Positions 11,576 through 24,009 of a DNA stretch of 64,000 nt are shown in pieces. Position numbers and translations under genes: made by a program. The stretch is from Octopus sinensis (Eukaryota), in assembly GCF_006345805.1 (NCBI RefSeq), contig NC_042999.1, positions 2,604,001-2,668,000 of the forward strand. The letters run 5' to 3'. How positions within the stretch are numbered: the stretch's first letter is position 1; each line of letters starts with the position of its first letter. The notes under the pieces are model-generated. The model saw only the letters and a list, made by a program, of their open reading frames with translations. It searched no databases and had not been told where the DNA came from.

Positions 11576-12416
11576 TACATACATATTTAGAGAGAGAGAG
11601 AGAGCCATTCTCTCAGTCATTCTATAGTTTTTAGCTATACATTTATTGCCTGCATCACCTTTTGCCCCTGGCCTTAGAGACACTTCTGCTGGACTCGAGT
11701 AAGACAGAGAAAGGCAGAAAATAACAGCAATAATTTCATTTTATTAAAACACTGTCCAACATTTGAGGTCAAAAAACTTGTACAGTCGCAGCTGTAGTAG
11801 TGATAGTAGTAGCAGTGACAGCAGCTGTAGTAGTGTAAAGGTGATTACCAACTAGTTATCATACCCAATATCTAAGTACGTTTTTATTTTGTTGTTCACA
11901 ATATTTTTTGTTACATGATATAATATGCATTCACATTCATCGTATGAGAATGGAGAAGCATGCTTTAGAATTCCTAGGGTCATCCATGGTCACCCGTTTC
12001 ATCCATCCATTGCTATAGGATATATATAAAATTTAACATATTGACACCTGTATTCATTTAATATAGTATATTGGTATATTGTCAATAGCTGGCTTGTATT
12101 TTAGTGAATATTCTCAAATACATACAAGCATACAGGTAGATAGATAGACAGATACACGTACTCATACACATACACACATACAGTATGTATATATTTATCC
12201 TTATATGTGTGTGTATATATATATATATATAAAGGAAGTGTTATAATACTATTCCACATATACAAAAACAGCCATACCAACAATCCAACATACTTCTATC
12301 ATCTGCTGCCCCACGGATATCATTATGGTTTCGACACCTGGGCAGTACAATTCAATCTGGTGGTGACAAAAGCACTAAAATAAGTATTGTTTGGGAACAA
12401 ACATACCATATATATA

Positions 12417-12620
12417 TCATCATCATCATCGTTTAATGTCTGTTTTCCATGCTAGCATGGGTTGGACGATTTGACTGGGGCCTGGGAAGCCAGGAGGCTG
12501 CACTAGGCTCCAGTCTAATCTGGCAGTGTTTCTACAGCTGGATGCCCTTCCTAATGCCAACCACTCCGTGAGTGTGGTGGTTGCTCTTTACGTGCCACTG
12601 GCACAGGTGCCAGGGGAGGC
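12417..12620 (-). mobile_element. 5'-truncated RTE 3' tail
   Basis: (CAT)n followed by the reverse complement of the RTE terminus (...TTTCCATGCTAGCATGGGTTGGACG). Confidence 0.85.
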
Positions 12621-12716
12621 TAAGATAAATATATATATATATATATATATATATTTGTGAATTTATCCAGCAGTGTGGTGTTGAGCACTCATTCCAAAGT
12701 TATATTCCAAAGTATA

Positions 12717-13989
12717 TTGGGTTGTCAAGAAAGTTCTTGTTGTTTTTAATCTTTAAATTCAGATGCACATATCTTGACTCAAGCAAAACTTTATTAATCA
12801 AAATAAACACCATCCGAATCAACACACTTTTGCCAACATGAAACAAGTTTACTTATGCCAGTAGTGTAAAATGCTTGTGTTCTGGTGGCAATGAAGTAGT
12901 TGAAGGTGTGTTTGGTATCGTGTTGGTTTTTTAAGCATTTCTCACATAGGAAGTTGTTGAGATTCTTGAAAAAGTGGTAGTCAGTAGGCGAGAGGACAGG
13001 TGAGTATGGTGGATGAGGCAGAGCTCGTAGCTCAATTTGTTCAACATCTGCAGGGTCAGTTGTGCAATGTGCAGCCAAGCATTGTCATGGAGAAGAATTG
13101 GTCCTTTTCTATTGACCAATGCTGGCTGTTGTTGTTAGAGTTTCTCATGCATTTCATCAATTTTCTGACAGTACTTCTCCACCGTAATGGTTTTGCCTGG
13201 ATCCAAAAACCTGTGATGGATGAGTCTGGCTACAGACCACCAAACAGTCACCATGACCTTCTTTTGGTGCAACTTTAGCTTTGGGAAATTCCTTGGAGCT
13301 TTCTTGGCATCCAACCACTGAGCTCAGCATCCCTGGTTTTCATAAAGAATCCACTTTTCATCACAAGTCACAATCCAGTTGAGAAACAGGTCATTTTTGT
13401 TGCATAAAAGAAGGGAAGACAACACTTCAAAACGGCGTTTTTTTTTGGTTGTCAATCAATTCATGCGGCACCCATTTCTCAAGTATTTTTGTTTTTCCAA
13501 TCTCTTTCAAGTGGTTTGAAATTGTCGTAAACGTTACGTCTAATTCAGAAGCAAGCTCTCAAACAGTTGTGCGTAGATTGGCTTCCACTAAGGCTCTTAG
13601 TTGATCGTTGTTAACATCTGATGGCCGACCACTATGCTTATCATTTTCAAGACTCTCGTCACTGCTACAAAATTTCTTGAACCACCATTGTGCTGTCCGT
13701 TCATTAGTGGTTCCTGGGCCAAACACATCATTGCTATCGCGACCTGTTTCAGCAGCTTTTTGACCTAGCTTGGACTGGAGTGAGAAAATTGTACGGATTT
13801 GCTTTTTGTCCATGTTGTATTCAACATTCCCAATTATTCAAAAAGAAAAAGAGTAACATGATTAGATAGAGTGAAAAACAGGCTTTGAAATGATATATAA
13901 AGTGAAAGTAGTTTAATGAAAATTAATTTGAAAATACATGAATTATAGCCAAAATTTAAAATTCCGCAAGAACTTTCTTGACAACCTAA
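12717..13989 (-). mobile_element. Full-length mariner fossil (Hsmar1/cecropia-like)
   Basis: 23-bp TIRs TT(G/A)GGTTGTCAAGAAAGTTCTTG with 1 mismatch, each flanked by TA; 1273 bp. Broken transposase from 13813 (MDKKQIR...) through WVPHE, TCDEKW, HDNA and YSPVLSPTDYH to YFD* at 12794. Confidence 0.95.
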
Positions 13990-14047
13990 TATATATGTAT
14001 GTATGTGTGTGTGTGTATGTATGTATGTATGTATGTATGTATATATA

Positions 14048-14103
<56 letters not shown>

Positions 14104-14259
14104 AGATAGGTATAGATATGTTTATATATGCATGTATATATATATATATACGTGTGTGTGTGTGTAAGTATGTGTATATATGTATGTATATATCTACATA
14201 CATATTTATGCACAAACACATGTATTTGTATGTATATATATTTATATATATAATAATTT

Positions 14260-14713
14260 AGGGTATAAAAAATATATACCAGCTAAGCAAAAAATAAGAG
14301 TCAACTCTCCAAGGCCACATATTTCTCACTATAAACAAAACACACACATACACAGTTAATGTAGTGAATATAAGAAAAAATATCCCTTACCTTTGCAAAA
14401 ACACATAGAAAAGTACAGCCATCTCAGCATCAATTGATTTCACCTTTAGTGCCAAACACTTAGGATATATATTGTGAAAAAATAGCTATGTGCAGTAATC
14501 TCAGCTGATGATCCTCGGTGTTTGGCACTAAAGGTGAAATCAATTGATACTGAGATGACTGTACTATTGTATGTGTTTTTGCAAAGGTAAGGGCTATTTT
14601 TTCTTATATTCACTACATAAACTGTGTGTGTGTTTTGTTTATAGAGAGAAATATGTTGCTTTGGAGAGTTGATTCTTCTTTCTTGCTTAGCTGGTATATA
14701 TTTTTTATATCCT
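14260..14713. repeat. Foldback element, ~205-bp arms, 44-nt loop
   Basis: 14260-14466 is the near-perfect reverse complement of 14511-14713. Confidence 0.9.
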
Positions 14714-14843
14714 TAATTTTTATGTATATTTACCAATATATACGTTAAGCTTGCTGGCAATTTTATCATTATTATTTTAAATTATAATGATATCTCATTT
14801 TCTATATTCATATATATATATAAATATATGCATATACATATAT

Positions 14844-15190
14844 ATCATCATCATCATCATCGTTTAACGTCCGCTTTCCATGCTAGCATGGGTTGGACGG
14901 TTCAACTGGGGTCTGGGAAGCCCGAAGGCTGCACCAGGCCAGTCAGATCTGGTGGTGTTTCTACAGCTGGATGCCCTGCCTAATGCCAACCACTCCGTGA
15001 GTGTAGTGGGTGCTTTTTATGTGCCACCGACACAGACGAGGCTGGCGAACGGCCACACTCGGATGGTGTTTTTTACGTGCCACCGCCACAGAGGTCAGGC
15101 GAGGCTGGCACGGCCACGATCGTATGGTGTTTGTTACGTGCCACCAGCACGGAGGCCAATCGATGTGGTGCTGGCTACAGCCATGTTCGA
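14844..15190 (-). mobile_element. 5'-truncated copy of the RTE 3' UTR (three ~62-bp cassettes plus terminus)
   Basis: Closely homologous to 43400-43817 in reverse orientation. Confidence 0.9.
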
Positions 15191-15332
15191 TACACACACA
15201 CACACACACATACACATATCAGAAGAAGATACCTCCAATATCTTTGCTGTGGAGCATTGTACAAATGTGAGGGGGGTGCATTTATGTATGTACATACGTA
15301 TGTATGTTTGTATTATATATCTCTTGATATAG

Positions 15333-15363
<31 letters not shown>

Positions 15364-15369
15364 TTAGGT

Positions 15370-15760
15370 GCAGGAGTGGCTGTGTGGTAAGTAGCTGGCT
15401 TACCAACCACATTGTTCCTGGTTCAGTCCCACTGCATAGCACCTTGGGCAACTGTCTTCTACTATAGCCTCGGGCTACCAAGGCCTTGTGAGTGGATTTG
15501 GTAGATGGAAACTGAAAGAAGCCTGTTGTATATATATATATATGTATGTATATGTATATGTTTGTGTGTCTGTGTTTGTCCCTCCATCATCGCTTGGAAA
15601 CTGATACTGCTGTGTTTACATCTTCATAACTTGGCAGTTTGGCAAAAGAGACCGATAGAATAAGCACTAGGCTTACAAAGAATAAGTCCTTGGGTTGATT
15701 TTTTTTACTAAAGGCAGTACTCCAGCATGGCCTCAGTGAAATGAATGAAACAAAAGAATA
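15370..15760 (+). mobile_element. SINE family A, full length
   Basis: Colinear with 8385-8802. Confidence 0.85.
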
Positions 15761-16221
15761 TATATATTTATCACAATTTATGTATACGTTGCTAGAAATC
15801 TTTGCAGTACTCCTTCGTGGTCTTATATTTTACTTATTTGGGCTTTGTATATTATCTCAATTACATTTTCCCTTTATGTGTATATTCATCTATTATTCCA
15901 GTGAATTGCTGAACTGAAAACATTAGGAGGAATATTAAGGATACATTTGTTTATTTCATTCCATTTTTAAATCTGGAAAGCTGTGTGAATTACTTCATAC
16001 TTCTCTAAATGAGACTGAAGGCGACCTGCTAATAAAACAGCTCACATACATTATACACACACAAATATGCTAGCACACACTTACCCAGTGTGTTGCATGT
16101 ATGTGTGTGTATGTATATATGTGTGTTTATGCATGTGTGTTTGTGTGTGTGTTTGTGTGTGTATGTATGTATGTGTGTGTGTGTGTGTATGTATGTAAGT
16201 ATGTATTTGTGTATGTGTGTG

Positions 16222-16542
16222 AAGGCATGTGGCTTAGTGGTTAGGGAATTTGGCTGGCAGTCGTAGGATTGCGAGTTCAATTCCCCATGGCAGATTGTGT
16301 CCTTGAGCAAGCAACTTCATTTCACGTTGCTCCAGTCTACTCTGCTGGCAAAAATGAGTAGTACCTGTATTTCAAGGGGCCAGCCTTGTCACACTCTGTG
16401 TCACACTGAATCTCCCTGAGAACTACGTTAAGGGTACATGTGTCTGTGAGATGCTCATCCACTTGCACATTAATCTCATGAGCAAGCTGTTCCATTGATC
16501 ATATCAGCTGGGACCCTCATCGTCATAACCAATGTAGTGCTC
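16222..16542 (+). mobile_element. SINE family D variant
   Basis: GGCATGTGGCTTAGTGGTTAGGG...GAGTTCAATTCCC head; 3' half shared with 9195-9380. Confidence 0.75.
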
Positions 16543-16559
16543 CTATGTATGTATGTATG

Positions 16560-17503
16560 TATGTATACATGCAGGTTTATATGTTTTATGTATGTATTTG
16601 TATGTTTTGTTCTCATGCATATCCTTGCATATCTATACATGCTCATTTATAATTAAATGATAAACTTCTGGAAAGTTTTATAGATTTTCACTGTTCCAGT
16701 GATGGTTTAGATCTGTAGTCTTCGAATCAGCTTTCTCCTTTCTGATTTTGAGAAACCTAATTTCTCAAGCTTGGTACTAAGGCAATGTGTTACATCTCCC
16801 AGAGCCCTAATAATTACAGGTATAAACCTAAAATTGTAACCTGGGTAGAGTAGCTGAAGACTTCTCAATAGTTCAGCGTAGGTATTTTCTTTTTCACTGA
16901 TCTTCAGCTTTATGTTAACATCCACTGGGCAGCTGATTTCCACAACTGTACACCGTTTCTCTTCTCTATCCCAAACCATTGTATCAGTTCTGTTGTACTT
17001 ACATTCTATTGAGGTTTTCATGGGGACATTCCACCAGTAATCCTTTTTATTCTGAATGGCTATGGTTTCCACCATACTGTAGGTTCTTATTTCTTTGGCC
17101 AAATTCTGCTGAGGTTCACTTTGCCTTCCATCCTTTCAGGACCAATAAATTAAGTACCAGTTGCATACTGAGGTCAACCTAATCGACTGGACCCCTCCCC
17201 AAAATTTCAGGCCTTGTGTCTAGTGTAGAAAAGAATGTATGTATGTATGTATGTATGTATGTATGTATGTATGTATGCATGTGTGTATTTATTTTGGCAG
17301 ACCTCATTACACAGTGTCCTATCTATTATACAACATCATGTCTCATCAGTAGATAATACCGTGATGACATTTTCGGACAACTGCTTATGATGTGGGTGAT
17401 ATCTTCAGTGTTTACTCCACAAAGTCGGCAACAGTTACTACATTTTGCTGCTTTTCTTGCATCTCTGTCTCTTTTGTACATCAGTATTTGGTTGATATTT
17501 CCA
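16560..17503 (-). mobile_element. 5'-truncated RLE-type LINE (R4/Dong-related), interrupted by a SINE B fragment at ~17100-17290
   Basis: CRLC..NTEDITHIISSC zinc knuckle (17326-17550 ORF) and NRTD..VVEISCPVD..EKENTY..IPVIIRALG RLE domain (16707-17102 ORF); both ends abut (CATA)n. Confidence 0.85.
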
Positions 17504-17519
17504 ATGTATGTATGTACAA

Positions 17520-18085
17520 AGGTAGTGAGCTGGCAGAAACATAAGCACACCAGGCAAAATGCTTAGCAGTGTTTCATTTGGCGCAAAGATTGTTTGCCAA
17601 CATAACATGGCAGTCCTGGTTTAGGATGAATGTTGCTGTAATTTAGTCCCAGGAGACATCATCTCAAGTTCTCTATACGACACGATCTGTGTCCTTATAT
17701 TTTCGAACAAAGAAATCTAGCTAGATTCCCTTCTTCGAAAAATTAATATGTAAGGACACAGATTGTGTTGTATAGCCAGTTGGAGACAATGTCTCCTGGG
17801 GCTAAATTACAGCAACATTCGTCCTAAACCAGGACTGCCATGTTATGTTGGCAAACAATCTTTACTCCAAAGAACTGTTGCTGAATATTTCTTGATGTGA
17901 GGTTTACAAATAGTAATTTTCTAAATTATTCGTTTGTCTTTACGTTCTGAGTTCAAATTCTGCTGAGGTCGACTTTGCCTTACATCCTTTCGGGATTGAT
18001 AAATTAAGTACTGGTTATGCACTGGGGTCAATGTAATCGACTTGACCCCTCCCCAAAATTTTAGGCCTTGTGTCTAGTTTAGAAA
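17520..18085 (+). mobile_element. SINE family B split by a palindromic insertion
   Basis: The head at 17520-17576 resumes at ~17930 (CGTTTGTCTTTACGTTCTGAGTTC). Confidence 0.75.
17577..17871. repeat. Loopless ~295-bp palindrome (MITE-like)
   Basis: Arms 17577-17720 and 17721-17871 centred on AATCTAG|CTAGATT. Confidence 0.9.
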
Positions 18086-18103
18086 AGAATGTATGTACAT
18101 ATG

Positions 18104-18135
<32 letters not shown>

Positions 18136-18211
18136 TGTATGTATGTGTGTGTGTATGTATGTATGTATGTATGTATGTGTGTGTGTATGTATGTATGTAT
18201 GTATGTATGTA

Positions 18212-18610
18212 TGGGCAGAGGAACTCTTGAGAGTCAACAGCCATCCAATAAATGTCTTAAGGCTGGATCATGCACGGGGACATAGAAATAATCTGACTGA
18301 ATACCCGATTGCGCAGTTAAACCATTGGGAGTGAAGGACTCCTAGCCTTTGTTAGGGCATCCTTCTAGGAGAAGGTAACTCAGGTAACTGGGATAACTCC
18401 GATATAAAACCTGCAGCTCAGTGGTTACTGATGATGTTGACTTGTTCATCTTTTCGAATTATGGCTGCTGTTGCTTAGTGAGTGGGATTGACTCAGTGCA
18501 CAGCCTTTCCTCACTTTACAAAAAATCTTCTTGCACGGGCATTGCGCGATAACAACATTGATTAAGCTTTGTGCAATGGCCATACTCGATAACGAGGGGG
18601 CAGCCACCAT
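18212..18610 (+). mobile_element. Candidate bipartite non-autonomous RTE derivative
   Basis: Contains CTAGGAGAAGGTAACTC...TAAAACC, which resembles RTE 5' UTRs, and ends in an (ATGT)n run. Confidence 0.4.
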
Positions 18611-19029
18611 GTATGTATGTATGTATGTATGTATGTATATATGTATGTATGCATGTGTGTATGCTTGTACACTCCAACCGTTGTTCATTTGATTTGCGAC
18701 TCTTTCTCAGAGGTTTTCATTTCATTGCTTATTTGATTGGTTTTGTTATTTTATTGGAATTTAATATACATTTTTTTTTTGCTGTTTTTATATTGAGTTG
18801 TAATGTGAAACTCACAACATGTGTTGGCTAATTATTAATTCAGTTTGGTTCATCATGTGTATCTAATCTCTGATCATATCGCAAAGTGTATCAGAGCCAT
18901 TTTGTCATTCTTTTGATATTGTATAATAGCACATAAAACATTAATTATTAGGTGGCTGTGAAAATAATGTCTGATTATCAGTGACCACATTTCAGAATAA
19001 CATGAATGTCTGTCATTTTAGTAAATATA

Positions 19030-19560
19030 TGCATATGTATGTGTATGTGTGTGTGTGTATGTATGTAAGTATACATATATGTGCACGTACACACACACAC
19101 ACACATATAGATACATATATATATATGTTTACATTTATACACACACACACTCACACATACATTGATATGTATATGCATGAATGTATACATATATATATGT
19201 ATGTGTGTATGTATGTAAGTATACATATATATGACACACACACACACATATATATATATATATTTACATTTATACACACACACTCACACATACATTGATG
19301 TGTATATGCATGAATGTATACATATATATATGTATGTGTGTATGTATGTAAGTATACATATATATGCACACACACACATATATAAATACATATATATATA
19401 TATGCATGTATATATACACACACAGACACTCACACATACATAGATATGTATATGCATGAATGTATAAAAATATATATGTATGTGTACAAATATATATGTA
19501 TGTGTGTGTGTTTATACACACATACACATGCATGTATATATATACACACACACATAGACA
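19030..19560. repeat. Compound microsatellite with ~133-150-bp higher-order period
   Basis: The marker GTATGTAAGTATACATATAT recurs, with GTAAGT at 19065, 19215 and 19348. Confidence 0.8.
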
Positions 19561-20415
19561 CATGTTTTTTGCTTTAGAGTAAAGTCTCAGGTGCATACAA
19601 AGTATAATATCAATTAATAAATAAGCGAAGTGACATTAAATAATCACCTTGATTAGCTCACAGCTGTTTCTGCAGCAAGAACATAAGCACACAGAGCTGA
19701 GTGCTTATGTTTCATTAAAGACACAACTAAATTTGTGTTTTATCCAGTCTTTTTTTCTTTTTTTCATATTTTCTTATTAAATCTTGCAGTTAATTGTTTG
19801 AATCAACGGAAAAAACTCAATAACATGTGAACAGAGTTGTGTCTGTAATGAAATATATGTGTATATATATTGTGGCATTCCATTGGTTACGACAATGAGG
19901 GTTCCATTTGATCCAATCAACGGAACAGCCTGCTCGTGAAGTTAATGGGCAACTGGTGTTGGTGTTGGTGTGTTTATGTCCCCGTAACATAACAGTTCAG
20001 CAAAAAGTATTGATGGAATAAATATCAGGTTTTAAAAATTGGTAAGTCCTGGGGTCAATTTATTTGATTAAAATTCTTCAAGTTAGTGCCCCAGTATGGC
20101 CACAGTCTAACAAGCAAAACACGTAAAAGAATGTGAAATAATTTTAAAGACTTCCTCCTGCCCTCCCCTCCCCCTCCTCTCCCCGTCCTCCTCATCATCA
20201 TCTTCATCTTCTTGTACCAGAACAAATACAAATTTGGTAGCCAATTTCGTTACAATATTCTATTCCAAAGTGTTTCTTTCTCAGAGTTATTAGTGTAAGA
20301 AATTTTAATAAAATGTGGCATATCGATTCAGAAAAACACATCATAAAGGTGACATTTATCAGCTTTATCATAGGCAATACAGACAAGACTTATTATTATT
20401 GTTATTATTATTATT

Positions 20416-21302
20416 CAGTAGTTTTATTTTTATATCGTGCTTTCACTTCACTACCAAGCGCAGCTCTGTGTGCCTTGGGTATGTGATGTGGTTTACTGTG
20501 ATGCTCTGCTGGTTACTGTATTGAAAGTGTTTTGCATAGGATGTGGGCAGTGCCTAGTAGTGCAATTTTCTGTATGTTATATATATTTGTAAGTCCTGGT
20601 GTTTTTGTTATGTATTTGTCTGAATACTTTTCTATCATACCTAATGCACCTACTATGATAGGAATTGTTTCTGTTTTTAGATTCCACATTCTAGTTACCT
20701 CTATTTCCAGGTCTTTATATTTTGAAAGTTTCTCCATTTCTTTTAGAGACACGTTGTCATCTGCCGGTATTGATACATCAATTAGAAGGCATTTTTTTTC
20801 TTCATGATCTCTGACAACTATATCTGGTCTGTTGGCCTTAATTTCTCTATCTGTGTGTATCGGCATATCCCAGAGTATGGTTGCTTTCTCGTTTTCTGTG
20901 ACCTTTTCTGGTGTGTGCCTATACCATCTTTTTTCTGTTGTTATTCCATAATGTTGGCATAATTTCCAATGTGTATAGGTCCCAACTCTGTCGTGTCTGT
21001 GAATATATTCCTTCTTAGCCAGGACTGGGCAGCTAGAGATAATATGATTTATTGTTTCTTGTCCATCTTCACATATTCTGCAGTTACTTGTTATATTTCT
21101 TTTCATTACATGTTTTTGGTAATTTCTGGTGGGGAAGCTTTGGTCTTGTGCTGCAATTAAAAATCCTTCTGTCTCTGCTTTGAGTCCTGAGCTTCTCAAC
21201 CATTGCTGGGATTTTTCTTTGTCTAATTCTTTTGCATTTAGTTTAGTCCAGTATTTGCCATGATGGGGCTTTTCTTGCCATCGTTTTATCATGGTCTGTT
21301 GC
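20416..21302 (-). mobile_element. 5'-truncated Dong/R4-clade LINE inserted in (TAA)n
   Basis: Uninterrupted 259-aa frame (20513-21292) with CRIC..ETINHIISSC knuckle and NRPDI..LIDVSIP.D..EKLSKYKDL..IPIIVGALG RLE domain; (TTA)n on both sides. Confidence 0.92.
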
Positions 21303-21343
<41 letters not shown>

Positions 21344-21739
21344 TATTATTATTATTATTATTATTTTCGTTGTTGTTGTTATGGTTTCCTATCTGAGACA
21401 GAGACCTGGCAGTACCACCAGAATGCCAAATAAAATGCATAGTGGCATTTCATCCATCTTTATGTTCTGAGTTTAAATCCTGGTAAGGTCAACTTTGCTC
21501 TATGTCCCTTCAGGTCAATGAAATAACTACCAGTCAAGAACTGGGGGTTGATGTAATCAACTTTCCCCTCCCCTCGAAAAGTGCTGGCCCTGTGTCAAAA
21601 TTTTGAAACTGTTATCATATTCCCATTTTCTGGCTTTACATTCTGAGTTCTAATACCACCAAGATTGACTTTGTCTTTCATCCCTTCAGGGTCAGTGAAA
21701 TAAGTGCCAGTCATGCCCCAGGGTGGTGGGGATGTAATC

Positions 21740-22487
21740 GACTAACCACTCATCACAAAATTCCAGGCCTTGTGACTATAGGAGAAAGGATTATTATTAT
21801 TGTTGTTGCTGTTGCTGTTATTGTGATGTTGGTGGTGGTGGTGGTTATGGTTGTCCTTGTTCTTGCTATCGTCATCATCGTCGTCATCACCATCATTGTC
21901 ATCACCATCATCATTGTCATCGTCATCATCATCACCATCATCTTCCTTATCATCACTGTCGTTATCATTGTCATTGCCATTATCATCATCATCATCATTA
22001 GCTTCATTATCATCATCATTGTCATTACCATTATCATCATTATCACCCTCATCATCAATCATTATCATCATCAGCATCACCATCTTCTTTGTTATCATCT
22101 TCATCGATGTAATTGTCATCATTATCACCCTCATCATCATCGCTATCATCATCATCATCATCACCATCAATCATTAATTATCAGCAGCAGCATCACCGTC
22201 ATCTTCGTTATCATCTTCATCGACATCATTGTCATCCTTATCACCCTCATCATCGTCATCATCGTTGTCATGATTGCCATCGTCACCATCATCATCAACA
22301 TCACCATCATCAACATCACCATCATCATCCACATCACCATCATCATCCACATCACCATCATCATCCACATCACCATCATCATCATCGTCGTCGTCGTCGT
22401 TATCATCATCATCATCATCACCATTATCACCATCATCATCAACATCACCATCATCATCATCATCATCACCATCATTATCCACATCAC

Positions 22488-22519
<32 letters not shown>

Positions 22520-22550
22520 CCATTATCGCCATCAGAACTAGTAGCAGTCG
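21740..22550. repeat. ~800-bp degenerate (ATC)n trinucleotide block
   Basis: Direct reading; an 18-bp subperiod ACATCACCATCATCATCC occurs around 22290-22380. Confidence 0.95.
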
Positions 22551-24009
22551 TAGCAACAACTGCAGCTAGTCATTTAGTCATTTAGTCATTTAGTTAGTTA
22601 GTCAGTTGGCTAATAATAAGTTGCAGCTGTGGAAGTCGATTGAGTGTTTCCAAGTTCATTTGTACACTTTTACCAAAGTTGACAGCAAGAGAAAGGAAGA
22701 GACTAAACACATGATACGATTCCGAATAATGGCTGCTTAAAATTAACAACCACTTCACAAATGTTACCCCTCACCCCACCCCACCCCGTTCCGCAACCTC
22801 CTCCCTACCGACATTTCCATTTGCAAATCATTCTTCGAATGTAAACATGACAGGGGAATCCTGCGAGTGCAGTTTGAGAATATAATGCATATCTAACAAT
22901 CCGAACTAATTAAGCTGGAAGAGACTGTGAAAGAGAAGCTCTTAGCAAAAGGAGAATTACAGCTTTGACATAACTAGATAGGAAAATGTGCTGAGTAGAG
23001 ACTGAAGGAAGATAGAGAAAGGGGGGAAAAATAATGAGCGGGTAGCAGGAAGAGGAGAGTGTTCTGTGTATATCAGCCAATTTGGTATAATTAATCATAA
23101 AGTGAACATTTATCAGATTTAATGACACACAATAGATTTTGAAAAACTGTTGCTGTATTGCATAAGATGTTTGGTTTCTCATTCAAATTCCCAAGAGATC
23201 AAATTTTATAAATGGTATCCAAGATTTTGATCTCGCTTGCCAAGTGCCTATATTAAATAAATAATGTATTATTTAAATACTAGTCTGACTTTGGTTTGTT
23301 TTAATCCTCCTTATAATCTTCTGGCTTTGTGTAAAAGCGGTTGTGTGGTAAGAGGTTTGTTTCCCAACCACATGGTACTAGGTTCAGTTCTACTGCATGG
23401 CACCTTGGGCGAGTTTCTTCTACTATAGCCTTGGGCCGACTAAAGTTTTGCGAGTGGATTTGGTAGATGATAACTGAAAGAAGCCCATTGTATATGTTAG
23501 TTAGTTAGTTAGTTAATTTTTTGGCTCAAAAAGCAAAAAGCAAGGCCATATAGGGGGACATGGAGTTATGTACAGGGTGGTGTTCATGTAAAGAGTTCAG
23601 GCCACTTGTGGTCAAGGGAGACTTTGAACAAAGCGGTCGTCGGCATATGTGTGTGTGTGTATACAATAATCCCTTGTCATAATAATATTATACATCACTT
23701 GAGATGTTTGCCTTGCCTTAATGTTTGTTGTCCTCTTTAACAATTATATATCCACTGCATCGGAAATCTACAATGGCTCCATAACTACCATCTCAGCTAT
23801 AACTTTGGAGCCCCAGTAATACCTTACAGCACTTACCTCGTGTACCTAATCACTTAGATCACCTGTGAACTAAACCCCCATACCTTGTATATATTTATAC
23901 ATATATATACACACATACACACTTATTCTTAATGGACTGCATCCATTCATATGAAAGAGTACCAAAGTCATTATTGTGAGAGGGTAATAGAGAAGGTAGT
24001 AGAGGGTAA

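Noticed and set aside
21742-22585. Long His/Ser/Ile/Asp/Met-rich ORFs in all frames (also 2848-3657 and 6311-6903)
   Set aside because: Translation of (ATC)n or (GAG)n repeats gives stop-poor frames; there are no splice signals or domain content.
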